A DNA stretch of 64,000 nt from contig OZ360249.1 in assembly GCA_977017645.1 (NCBI GenBank), positions 6,510,001 through 6,574,000 of the forward strand, given 5' to 3'. Positions 51,401-63,156 of the stretch are shown piece after piece. Position numbers and translations under genes: made by a program. Numbering within the stretch: position 1 is the first letter of the stretch; each line of letters starts with the position of its first letter. This stretch comes from Torpedo marmorata (taxonomy: Eukaryota). The notes below the pieces were generated by a model. That model was not told the origin of the DNA and searched no databases. It worked only from the letters and a program-made list of their open reading frames with translations.

Positions 51401-52110
51401 TCCTCATGCAGGATAACCTAAAGGTTAACCACCAGGTTGTATCGGCAGTAAAGAAAGCGAATGCTATGTTGGCATTCATTTCAAGAGGAATAGTGTATAA
51501 GAGTAAAGAGGTGTTGATGAGGCTCTATGGGGCACTGGTGGGACCTCATTTGGAGTACTGTGTGCAGTTTTGGGCCCCTTATCTTAGAAGGGATGTAATG
51601 ATGTTGGAGAGAGTACAGAGAAGATTTACCAGGATGATTCCTGGAATGCAAGGGCTAACATATGAAGAAGGTTTAGCGGCTCTTGGACTGTATTCATTGG
51701 AGTATAGCAGAATGAGAGGGGATCTCATAGAAACATTTTGAATACTGAAAGGATTGGACAGAGTAGATGGGAACAAGATGTTTCCCTTGGTGGGTGAATC
51801 CAGGACAAGAGAGCACAGTCTTAGAATTAGAAGGTACCCATTTAGAACAGAGATGAGGAGGAATTTCTTTAGCCAGAGGGTCGAGGATTTGTGGAATTCA
51901 TTGCCACGTACAGCTGTGGAGGCCCGATCATTGGGGGATTTTAAGGAGGAGATTGATGGGTATCTGATTGGTCAGGGTATCAAGGGATATGGGGAAAAGG
52001 CCAGAAATTGGAATAAGTTGTGAGAACAGTTTAGCTCAGGGTGGAGTTGCGGAGCAGACTCGATGGACCGAATAGCCTACTTCTGTTCCTTTATCTTGTG
52101 TGATCTTGTG
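48456..52110 (+). mobile_element. CR1 LINE, nearly complete ORF2 (APE endonuclease plus RT) and 3' UTR, frameshifted; interrupted at 49300-50128
   Basis: YLNARSI, ITETW, YRPP, GDFN, GSSDHN; NYRPISLTS, QHGF, YLDFQKAFDKVPH, SGVPQ, KFADD; CR1 tail gactcgatggaccgaatagcctacttctg. Confidence 0.95.
49300..50128 (-). mobile_element. Near-full-length GC-rich non-autonomous element inserted in CR1
   Basis: Collinear with 61843-62690 and with the reverse complement of 55220-55990. Confidence 0.9.
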
Positions 52111-52599
52111 AGTGTACATGGTTTTGGTGGGTTGCTGAGTGTATATTCTGTGACAACTATCCACATGGGTGGGGCAGGCTCAAAGACTGATTTTAACATA
52201 TTCAAATCATGTGCTAATTGTGATGAACGAAAGTAATTTTAAAAATAATATTTCTCTTATATGTTCTCAGAGATATATTTGTTAATTTGTAATTTTTAAA
52301 CATTTTGCTGGTGGAATTCAATTCTTATCCTCTTGATTGTCTGCCATAATTTCAGCTGGAGAGCTGTGGAAATGCTGGCACATACTAGTTTGTGTTGATA
52401 GGGTGTACACATCTTATTCAATACATTAGTAAGCGGTGGAAGTGCGACGTCATTTTGGGATGCAGCAGAGGGCAGCCATTGGCTCCAGCTAGACACTAGC
52501 AAGTTAGTGCTGTTAGGATAGGTAGAGGGAAAACAAGGAGATTAGATTTGGGATATTAGCCATTCAGGTCCTCAAACTTGCTTTGTCATTGATCTAACT

Positions 52600-52974
52600 C
52601 AGTGGTTTTCAAACTGCCCCCCTAAATTCACATTCTACCTTAAGCAATCCCTATGTCATAAATGCTCTGTGATTAGTAAGGGATTGCTTAAGGTGGTATG
52701 TGAGTGGGAAGGGAAGGTTGAGAACCACTATTCTAGACCCAATTGTTACTGAAATATTTTGCTTGAGAAAAATTGTCATTGTCCCATTTCCTTTGGAGTT
52801 ATGAAACCGTGCACATAACGAGTCAATTAGGTACGATTAAAACAGTGGTTTTCAACCTTTTTCTTTCCACTCGCATACCACTTTAAGCAATCCCTTACTA
52901 ATCACAGAGCACTTATGGCATAGGGATTGCTTAAGGTGGAATGTGAGTTTAGGGGGGCAGTTTGAAAACCACTG
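52600..52974. mobile_element. Composite hAT MITE, best-preserved copy
   Basis: Perfect 8-bp TSD atctaact (52592-52599, 52975-52982); inverted subunits 52600-52730 and 52843-52974. Confidence 0.95.
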
Positions 52975-53319
52975 ATCTAACTGAATAACAAAGCAAGTCT
53001 GAAGGGCAAAATGGGCAATTTCAAGAAATGCACCAAAATTGCACTCTCCCATGTTGCCCCATGTGTTGAGATCGACTTAATCAACAAAAAAATAAGAATC
53101 TCAGTCTTCAGAGCTCCAAAGCTTCAATGATCCCAGGATGCACAGCTTTTTGCTGGGGAATATTTTAAACTTTTGTTCAAAAAGTTGTTTCTTGGCCTCA
53201 CTCCTGAATTGCCATCAAATTCTGTGTCGCTTGTTCATGAGGAGTGAACAATTTCCATGTATCTAGAGATTAGGACCAGGTTGGCTTTTTGTATGTGGTA
53301 TCAATCACTTTTCAAATAC

Positions 53320-54220
53320 TCAAGAGACTACATTAGACAACAAAGAGTAGGGGTTAATGATAGCTACTCAGATGGATGGCTGGAAAACGTTGTTGCACAG
53401 AAATCAGTCATAATTTACAATTGGGAATCAAATGTACAATTTTAAAATTTATGGATAGTACCAAATTAGGAAGTTTAATAAAGAGTATGATAAAATAAAA
53501 GAAGACAATGAGAAAAGCCTGCCAAATGGGGCTGTAACTGTCAAACAAAATTCACTATATATCTGTGCATATGGTTATGCATATTGGTAAGGAGAATAAA
53601 GAAGTGTCGTGCTTAGAGTTAAGCACAGGAGGGGCAAAGGGGCCAAGGGGTTGAGGGTAGAAATCATTAATACAAATATGTATCATCATAAAAATCAGTA
53701 GAATTCCCTATTTTGAGGCAGGGAGCGAAAATCACGACAATTATGTTAGACTTGCGTTAGCGCTTGGTTAGGCCACACTGGAAGTGTTGTTCATGAAATA
53801 AAAACGGAAGTGTTACATTGGAGAAAATGGGAAGAAACATTCCCAAAGATGCTGAAAGACAGAGGATATTTTATCAGGAAAGGCTAAGAATCCTCCAGAA
53901 AAGTGAAGGGTGAAGGATCACTCGATTGAGGTGCTGAAGAGGATTTGAGTCTCATCCTAAATTACAGGTAATATTTATAAGATAGTCTCCAATAAACCTG
54001 ATGATGGAACATCCAGGAGGATATTTGTTACCCAAAGGATCAAGAATATAAAATGCACTACCATAAGGATTAACTGAAGAAATTAGCCTGGAGACGTTTA
54101 GGGGGAATCTACATGAATGTAGGGGTAAAGGAAATAGAACGTTGCTAGTATTGGGAGGAGAGAGGAGGCTTATGAGGAGCATAAATCAATTAGGTCATGC
54201 AGCCTATTTGTCTGCTGTTC
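53320..54220 (+). mobile_element. Highly decayed CR1 RT/3' fragment
   Basis: Remnants 'agacaacaaagagtaggggttaatg' (RQQRVGVN), 'ttggttaggccacactgga' (LVRPHLE). Confidence 0.55.
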
Positions 54221-55219
54221 CCTGGCTGTAAATTAATGCACCTAGCCTCTTTATTTAACACTTTCAAGCCCTGTATCATCCCTCGTAAGTGAAATAAACT
54301 ATTGTAAACACAATGGCCTCAAACCATGGTCAATAAACTACCTCAGGATGGAAGAAAATCCGTGTTTAACATTCACTCTTCATGCGCGTTGATGAGATTT
54401 TTGTGTAATCAAACGGATGTGCAAACAAGTGAGAAAGGGTTGTTAAAAACAGGTCTGTCAAGACAGTGCCTCTAATTAGTCTGTTCCAAATGAATCTGGG
54501 GTTGGTATTTTCGTACATGATACTGACACAAACTTCACGGAAAAGAGATGCAGGAGTAAAAATTTCCTAAATGATATATTTGTTAAAAGATTACCATATT
54601 ATTTTGAAACAATTACTTCATAAGAGAGAGAAAGAAAAATTCTGTTCAACCATCTGTGGAGTGTTTATTGTTTATAATAATTGTTAATTTAAAAAATTCT
54701 CCCCCCATAAAAATAATGGAGTCTATTGCCATGACGACTTCATGTTCAAATTACAGAGAAATTCTGCTGCCCAAAATTAAATATCCATCTGTCTAATACA
54801 CCTGAAGAGTATTGCAGGCATTAACTCATAAAGGTTAAAAAAAGGTTACAAATTTAATAATTTATCCACCCACACCCATCCAAGTATGTTACATATACAT
54901 TGCCTTGGTGAAATTGCAAAGTTCTGGTCCCTTAATCTGGGACAAAGCTTTCATCCTTTTTTTTTTATTAACAGTTATTGTGCAGACTGATGTTCACTAA
55001 ATGAAGTGGATGGATTTGTACAGTTTACGGGGAGGGGTAGTGGGTAGGCTATGTTTGGGAGAGGGTAATTATTTCTCATTGAAGTCCTACTCTTGGAACT
55101 CACAGCTGGGATAAAAGTCATGTATTTGCATGAACAACATCGGTCATATTGAGCAAGAAACAATAGTAGCAACAGAAAAAAAATCAATGCACCGTGCAGA
55201 GACAGACAAATTGAATTGA

Positions 55220-55990
55220 TGGTGGCGCTGCCACTGGTGCGGACCCGCGGGGAGAGAGGAACGGAGATACAGCGTTCCCGCGGGGTCCAACCGCCCAGTC
55301 GACTGCCGGAGCCGACGGTAGTTTTTATTTAAAATCCCGCGACCGCGGGGTCTGCGCCCAAGATGGCGGCGCCTCTGACCGGCAGCAGCCACGAGGGGTT
55401 GCAGACTCCAGGGGAGCGGAGGACTGGCGCAGGGCACCAGAAAACGGGGAGACCATCCCCTGTCTGAGAAGGAGAAGCAGAGGAGACGACCCACGGGACG
55501 GTGACCAAGGCGGCGGACTAGTGAGGGGGCTCTGCGGCTGAAAGACCAATGCATGCGGCGGGCTGCTGGCGACTCGAGGCGAGGAACCCGCGGAAGCTGT
55601 GGGCTGCTGGAGACTGCTGTCGGGAGACTCGTGCCGGGCTGCAGATGGCTGGAGACTGGCTCGAACTGGCGGAAGGGGTACCAGGTATCGGAAACGGGAT
55701 GCGAGGGGGTGCCGAAGGCGCTGAAGGGTTCCTGACCATGTCGGAGGTTCGGATCTGGAGCTTGGGTTGCCGATGGTTTGGACTGGACAGTGTGTGGTTG
55801 CGGAGGTGAATCTACGGACACTGGGTGACTCTGGGGGGACTCTCTTTTGCCTCCCTTTCTCTGACTGTAAGAGGCGCTTCAGGCAATTTCTGCCGATGGC
55901 GAATCTGTCTGCCTTACAGCAGGCAAATGGAATTTCGTGTAATATGACACTGTTTTATTGCATGACAACAAATTGAATCTTGAATCTTGA
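55220..55990 (+). mobile_element. GC-rich non-autonomous element, near full length
   Basis: CAAGATGGCGGC at 55359-55370; ends catgacaacaaattgaatcttgaatcttga. Confidence 0.9.
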
Positions 55991-57909
55991 TATCCAAATA
56001 CCGTATTTATTTGTTTCCCGAGGAGAAAAAATTAACCAGAAATTGACTCTGAATTTTTTTCCTTCTCCCATCTTTTCATCCACTCACCACCACTACCCTT
56101 ACATTATCTCATTATTTTTGGTTAAAGGCATTGGGGACAAGAGATCAAAAGTAAAGTGATGCATTTAGTTTAGCTGAGGAGACAAAATGACTCTCTAAAA
56201 TTGTCTGTAGGGCAGTCATCATTAACTGTTTTCCATGTCATTGATTGTTAATAATTATGTTCCCACTTGCCACCTGGAAGAGGATTGATTTTAAGGAAAA
56301 GCGTTTGGTTAAGTAGCTTTAGCAATGGTGGTGTTCATTTTTGAAAATACTTCTTGACAATGCCTCTCAATAGATCACAGAATTGAAATGAGATTGACCT
56401 GTGGCTGTCTTGGATCATGTGTTTTCTGGGGACTAAGTTTGATCTTTTATTTTTGAGGGAGGGGTTTATTTCTCCTGCAGTTCTTTGCACAGTCAGGACA
56501 CAGATATATTTAAAATAAACCTGGAAAAATTGCAGGGGGATCTCTCAATGGGAATTGCTTCTGATTGGTCAGGCAATGAGTGACCTATTCAAACCACAGC
56601 CCAGAGGCCACATGGTGCAGGTGACCGCTAAGCAATGCATAGTTTGAACTTTAAGCTATTTAGTTCAGTTTTCGCAATTCTGCTTGAATTGTTGAGTCTG
56701 GAGGTTAGAGAAGCCTGCTCTCAGAGCTACCAATTCATTGCTGGGTGGATTCCAAGTCAAATACCAATGAACGAATTAGCCTCTGAGATACATGCACATT
56801 AATAGCTGAGTTGACCCAAATTGATGCATAAGGAGAAGTGGACATCCACTAGTAAGTAATCATTGGCCTAGAAACTCCAGCAATGAGGTTATTGATTGTT
56901 ACCCACCATGAGTTGCATATCTTTTATTGTTATCTCTTTTCTTTGGTAGATTTTCTGTGTAGTCATTAAAGTGAATGGATATTTGTGCTAGTTAAGTGAA
57001 TCATTTCACCAGATATCCAGTTTTGTGCATTAACCAAGATAGAGTGAAGTTCCTTCTACTTTTCCCAAGAATAAGGATTACCTTCTGATTGGGCTGTGGA
57101 GCCCTTGAAGGTGAAGTCCCTGCTAAAACACTCAGTCTGGGCTCATTCAAGATGAATGACCGTCTGGCAAAGTAGCACAAAGATTCTGGACCCTGTTGGT
57201 TCCAAACCAATGATATTCAATAGCTTCTTGATAAACTGGGGAGAACATTGTGAAAAGGGGACTGGAACTACAGGAGATCATATCTCTTCCAATGACAATT
57301 CACAACAATGGAAATGCTCACTGTTCAACCAGTTGATGTTTGTGTAAGAATTCCATTCATCATCTAAACTGGTAAAAACAGGAGGGGAGAGTGAACACTT
57401 GAGGCGTTTGCTGTACCAAGTATCCCTATTTACCAATGACAGGGATTTGTGGCTGTTAGGGGCTAATAGAGTGGGTTTCTTTCATTAGTCACCTTTACAA
57501 ATAGCAGTTGCATTGCTAATGCAATATTTACTTCCCTCTGTAGCAAACGTGTTGGCTGACTGTGTTGAAGGCATTCATTATTGAAAACCATTGAGAATTA
57601 ACACATAGCTTTATCATACAAAGATATTCCTCAAGCCCAGGTACAGATTTTTTTCCTTCCTTTGGTCATATTGCTGAATGAATCTGTTATGATAGAACTG
57701 GTGGCTGGTGCTTCTCTGTGGAAATCAACAGAATGACACCCAATGTTTAAAAAAAGGGAATCACAGTCGTTTCCATGCAGCTGAATTTTATGATCAAGCT
57801 AATTTTAACATCTGGTCCCTTGGTAACATTTTTACCCCTCTGTAAGAAAGAAATAGTTTCAAATCCCTCTCCAGAGTAGAGAGTATAAACATTTACTTTG
57901 ATATTCCAA

Positions 57910-58250
57910 TCAGGCACTGAGTGAGAGCTGTGTTGTCTTTAGAATGAGATTCTCAACTGAGATTTTATCCACTCTCTCAAGTGGATGTGAAAGATCCCAC
58001 AGTTTTTTTCAAAAGATCAGCAGAGGAGATATCCTTGATGACCTGGCCAATATCAACATTTATTTAAAAAGAAACATAGAATCGTTCTCGCATTGCTCTT
58101 TGCAGGAGCTGTTGTGTGGACATTAGTCCATGTGTTTCCCATATTACAACAGCAACTATGGTTTAAAAGTATCTTTATTATTAGATATCTTCATTATTTA
58201 TAAAACACTTTGGGAGACTGAAAATAATTTTAGAAACACTACATAAATAC
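57910..58250 (+). mobile_element. Deu-domain SINE relic
   Basis: tgtctttagaatgaga...ctctcaagtggatgtgaaagatcccacag...cctggccaatat...cattgctctttgcaggagc...tttcccatattacaacag. Confidence 0.6.
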
Positions 58251-58818
58251 TATTCTTTCTTCTTTTCTTTTGAATTTTCTTGTTACCTAATGTCATGGTG
58301 GCTTTTCCATCAAATACTTGAGCAAAGTCTTTCTCCGCTCTTGAGTAATGTTAGTTCAAGGGTTTGAACGTTCTAGTAAATAGCATTAGTTCTTTAACTA
58401 AGCAGGCTGTTGGATATGTGCAGCATACCATCCCCTGAAATGGAAAAGATGAATTAATGCTTTGTGTGGAACACTTCATCAGAATTCATGGATTTAATTT
58501 TTGTTTCTCTCACTCTCTTTGCTGCTTTGATAGGTCATATTTGCAATTGGAGAACTTCCTCCCATCCCTTAACATTTACAATGAATTGGGAATGGCACCA
58601 TATAACTGTTGGTATAAACATATAAGGGGTATATTGGGTGAGGTTTATGTGAATAATTCTGTGAAGGTGGTAGGTCAGCTGACAAACAGTTGATAAGATG
58701 TGATCCTGGACTTTATAACCAGGTGCATGGAGTACAAATGTCAGGAAGTTTTCTAAACCTATGCAGATCACGAGTGCAGCCCTTGCTGGATAATTGCGTG
58801 CAACAATGGGGACAACAG

Positions 58819-59706
58819 ATATAATAATTAATGAACAAAACTGGTCCGACTTATGTCGGGACTGTATGAAAAACACAATAAATGTGAGATACAGACTGGT
58901 ACAATATAATTTTTTGCACCAGTTGTATCTCACGCCGCAAAAATTGAATAAATTTTAAAATCAGAAATATCAGATAAATGTTTTAGATGCGGCAAAGAAA
59001 TAGGAACGTTTTTACATTTAACCTGGTCATGCCCCAAAGTAAAACCTTTCTGGATGGACTTAGGGAAACTCTTAGAACAAATTACAGAAATTCAGTTCCC
59101 ACAATGCCAAGAATTATTTCTATTGGGCAATATCTCCGGTGTAAGACCTAAGATGAGGCTGTCAAAATTTCAAATAAAATTTGTGGCGATCGCATTGGTG
59201 GTGGCCAGGAAATGTATAGCGGTCACATGGAAGTCTGACTCCCATCTAGGTATGACAAAATGGAATGAGGAAATGTACAGCTGTGTTCCCCTTGAGAAGA
59301 TTACCTATAATCTTAGATATAGATATGATATATTTTTAAAGATTTGGACTCCATATTTACAACACATGGCTGTAAATCTATAACCAGGCCCCCCCCCTCG
59401 CCTCCAGAACCTATGTCCATTTCCTCTTCAGAAATCCGAGTATGCCAAGTAATTTAAGCCTGTGGGGTGGGCGACGAGCCTCCAACGTCTTCTTTCCTTT
59501 TCTATTTCAACCTTTTCTTATTCTATTCCTCTCTTTTCTTTCATTTAGGGGGGAATTGGGTGGGTGGGTTTTCCTTTGTTTGTAATTTTGTTGTTTTTTA
59601 GTATAGTAGTCAACAGACAAATATTATATTTGATGATGTATTCTTTTTGTTATTGATAATATGTTTGGCTTTAAAAATACAAATAAAATATTCAAAAAAA
59701 AACCAA
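58819..59706 (+). mobile_element. 5'-truncated L1 with 17-bp TSD
   Basis: CCHC-type CFRCGKEIGTFLHLTWSCPKVKPFW, VARKCIAVTWKS, PLEKITY; AATAAA plus polyA; TSD aacaatggggacaacag at 58802-58818 and 59707-59723. Confidence 0.92.
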
Positions 59707-61044
59707 AACAATGGGGACAACAGTTTAGAAAAGGATCTGAAGGTTTTCTTGAGGACCAGAAGAGATTTATGAGAAAGATTAAAAGAACAGGGGATTACAG
59801 TTGTGTGAAATGATAGGAGAAGTTGGTGGCGTGAGCAAATTTCCTTTAATGAGAGGTTAGGATTTTAAATGCAATGTTCCAAATCCAAATGGATGCTAAT
59901 TCAGTAGCAACTTTCAAAAGAGAAATGGACAAAAATCTAGGCCAGAATTAGAAGAGACCAGAGGCCTTGGAGGGTTATAATCATGGAGAGAGTGATGGAG
60001 GTAATGGAGGAGAGGGGTGAACACAAAGGGATTCCATAAAAAGATGTCTTTCATGGTTCTCTTTCACTTGTAGTGTAAAGTTAGAAGACTTTAAAGGACA
60101 GCTACAGGCAGGTGAGGAGGATATCACTGTGCCCAGAACTATGCATACTTACAACCAGAAGTTTAGACATCCAATTAGTAGTGCCCCATATTCCATGGAA
60201 CTGAATAAATTCAATCCAACCACTCATATGCCTCTCCCGTAGTATATATTTTTGATGTTTCTGAAGACACTTCTACCTATTCACTCTGCCATTTGAGGTA
60301 TTTCAACATGCCTCGGGCATTTCAGACATGCGAAAATTAATTCTGCTGTTGATGGATTCCAACTGTGCAGTGACAGAGCAGCTTCCAATACGCTGACTCA
60401 CTGAGGTATCACTTTACTGTTGTATTATTCCAGATAAGCCAACAATGAATACCTGCAACAAGAAAATATAAAACTCAGTGACTGAGGACATTGATGACAT
60501 CACTGGGGTACAGAGCGCAGAAGTGGTTGGTGACTTGCTGCTGTGAGAGGGAAATACACTTTGCATTCCTGTTGAACCTTTATTCACATTTAGCAATCGA
60601 TCTTCAGAAACCTGCTGTTCAATAAAGAGCATGTACCTGGAACACTTTCTATTTTGCTTTAATCCCCCTCTCGCATCCACATTTCCCTTCTTCTCCACAA
60701 ATTATGCTTGGATGAAGATTAATGCCTACAAACTGTCCTTCCAACCTCTGTCACGAGAGTAGCACAATGCTATTTCACAATGGGACATTGCACCTAAGCA
60801 TCAAAAGGTCCTTATTTGATATTCCCAGATTACAAACAAACAATCTGCCTCTTGCTTGGTCAGGCACATATATAATTTGTGATGATCCTATCTACCTGGA
60901 TGGAATAAGCGGAGTCCATAAGATTTTTTTTAACCTCTCTGCCACATAATTTCTGATTGTATACCTTTATCTCTGAAAGGAAGAACCGGCACCTTGACTG
61001 TGGTTGTCATGCATGTATTTCTTTGTACAAATATTACAGATATG

Positions 61045-61290
61045 AGGGTGGCACGGTTAACACAATGCAGTTACAGCACCACCGACCCGGGTTCACATCC
61101 GGCGCTGTCTGTAAGGAGTTTGTACGTTCTCCCTGTGTCTGTGTGGGTTTCCTCCGGGTGCTCCGGTTTCCTCCCACCATTCAAAACGTACGGGGATTTT
61201 AGGTCAATTGAGTGTAATTGTGCGGCACGGGCTCGTGGGTCTGAAGGGCCTGTTACTGTGCTGTATGTCTAAATATAAAAATATAAATAT
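61045..61290 (+). mobile_element. V-SINE (HE1-like)
   Basis: Consensus match. Confidence 0.9.
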
Positions 61291-61842
61291 AAATTATAAA
61301 ACTGTAAATATAAATATCTGGAACAGTTTTGAGGGTTCTTGAAGTCAATCTGATCAAGATCAGGTTTTTTTTACCAGCAGCTATCAGGCTATTGAACCTC
61401 CCCAAATCTGTGTGACCAGAAACTACTCTAGGACCACCCCACACATGTCTGTACTGTTGATTTTTTTTTTTGCCCTAGCTGCAACTGTGAATATTTATTT
61501 CTCCATCCTTTTATACTTATTATGTCCTTTTCTGTCTTGTGGCATATTGTTGTTGGTGAATCTTGCTCACCTGCTAATATGGATTTTGGTGCAAATGTAC
61601 ATTGTACTTGTGTATATGGCAATATACTCTTGTACTCTTACTTACAGACCATCCAATTGCATTGACCTCAGGAAGGCCAGATGTCTACTCAGCACCTAGC
61701 ATGCAACTGGACTCAGGCCCATATTCGTTCAGTGCATTCAACTGGCATTCCAGTTGCTTTACCTTTGCATTTGTGAGATGCTAGTGAGGTGATGATCTGT
61801 ATATATGAAAATACTCCATGGAATAAAAAATAGAGCAATGTG

Positions 61843-62690
61843 TTCAAGATTCAAGATTCAATTTATTGTCACAGCAATACGACAGTGTCATATACCACGA
61901 AATTTCTTTTTGCCTGCTCCAAGGCAGACAGATTCGCCATCGGCAGAAACTGCCTAGGCGCCTCTAACATTCCTTACAGTCAGAGAAAGAGAAGCAAAAG
62001 AGAGTCCCCCCAGAGTCACCAAGTGTCCATAGATTCGCCTCCAGCGCTTCCGCAGCCACACATAGTCCAGTCCAAACGATCGGCATCCCGAGCTCCAGAT
62101 CCGAACCTCCAACACGGTCAGGTCGCCCTCGGCACCCCCTCACATCCCGGTTCCGATACCTGGTACTCCTCCAGCCAGTTCGAGCCAACCTCCAGCAGTC
62201 CGCAGCCCATCGTGAGTCCCCCGACAGCAGTCTCCAGCAGCCCACAGCCTCCGCGGGTTCCTCGCCTCGAGTCGCCAGCAGCCCGCCGCATGCACTGGCC
62301 CTTCAGCCTCAGAGCCCCTCACTGGTCCGCCGCCCTGGTCACCGTCCCTTGGGTCGTCTCCTCCGCTTCTCCTTCTCAGACGGGGGTGATCTTCCCGTCC
62401 ACTGGTGCCCTGCTCCAGTCCCCCGCTTCCCCGGAGTCTGCAGCCCCTCGTGGCTGCTGCCGGTTAATAGGCGCTGCCATCTTGGGCGTAGACCCCGCGG
62501 TCGCGGGATCTTAAATAAAACCACCGTCGGCTCCTTTAACGGGCTGTTCAAAGCCCGTGCGGAACCGACGGCAGTCGACTGGGCGGCTGGACCCCGCGGG
62601 AGCGCTGTATCTCCGCTCCCACGCTCCTCGCGGGTCCGCACCAGTGGTAGCGCTGCCGCTACAGCGGCTCCGGCAGCGCGGCCATCTTCA
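61843..62690 (-). mobile_element. Apparently full-length (~850 bp) GC-rich non-autonomous element
   Basis: Sense (minus) strand starts gAAGATGGCcgcg, has a second CAAGATGGC at 62484-62476, and ends gtgacaataaattgaatcttgaatcttgaa. Confidence 0.9.
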
Positions 62691-62699
62691 GGATTTGCA

Positions 62700-63156
62700 T
62701 AGAAGCAATAAGAGTGGCAGAGAGGATCACTGGAGCCTCCCTCCCCCCATCCACGTGATCTACCGGGATCGTTGTCTGAAGAGGGCGTGCAAAATCATTG
62801 AGGACCCCGTCCACCCTGCACACAGTATCTTTCAGCTGCTCTTGTCAGGGAAGAGATACAGGAGTATCAGAGCCAGCACCACCAGGCTGAGGAACATCTT
62901 CTTCCCACGGGCAGTGAGAATACTGAACGCCCAAAGGAACTGCTCACCCTAACCATCCGACACTCTCATTTGTACAAAACAATATTTATTTATTTATTTT
63001 TATAGATATAATACTTGTCCTGCATGTGTATTATTTGTCTGTATGTATGTTTAAGTCTGGTTGTGTGTCTGCATGATTTGCACCGAGGACCGGAGAACAC
63101 TGTTTCGTCGGGTTGTACTTGTACAATCAGATGACAATAAACTTGAGTTGACTTGA
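62700..63156 (+). mobile_element. 5'-truncated Rex1/Babar LINE 3' end
   Basis: IYRDRCLKRACKIIEDPVHPAHSIFQLLLSGKRYRSIRASTTRLRNIFFPRAVRILN; 3' UTR ending gatgacaataaacttgagttgacttga. Confidence 0.9.

Noticed and set aside
60402-60475. 51-nt minus-strand exon candidate
   Set aside because: Stop codons in all three frames
2019-61290. tRNA genes at the A/B-box-containing heads
   Set aside because: All continue into a V-domain, usually with a CR1-like tail, so they are SINE heads; recurrent short ORFs such as MGGNWS... are SINE translations
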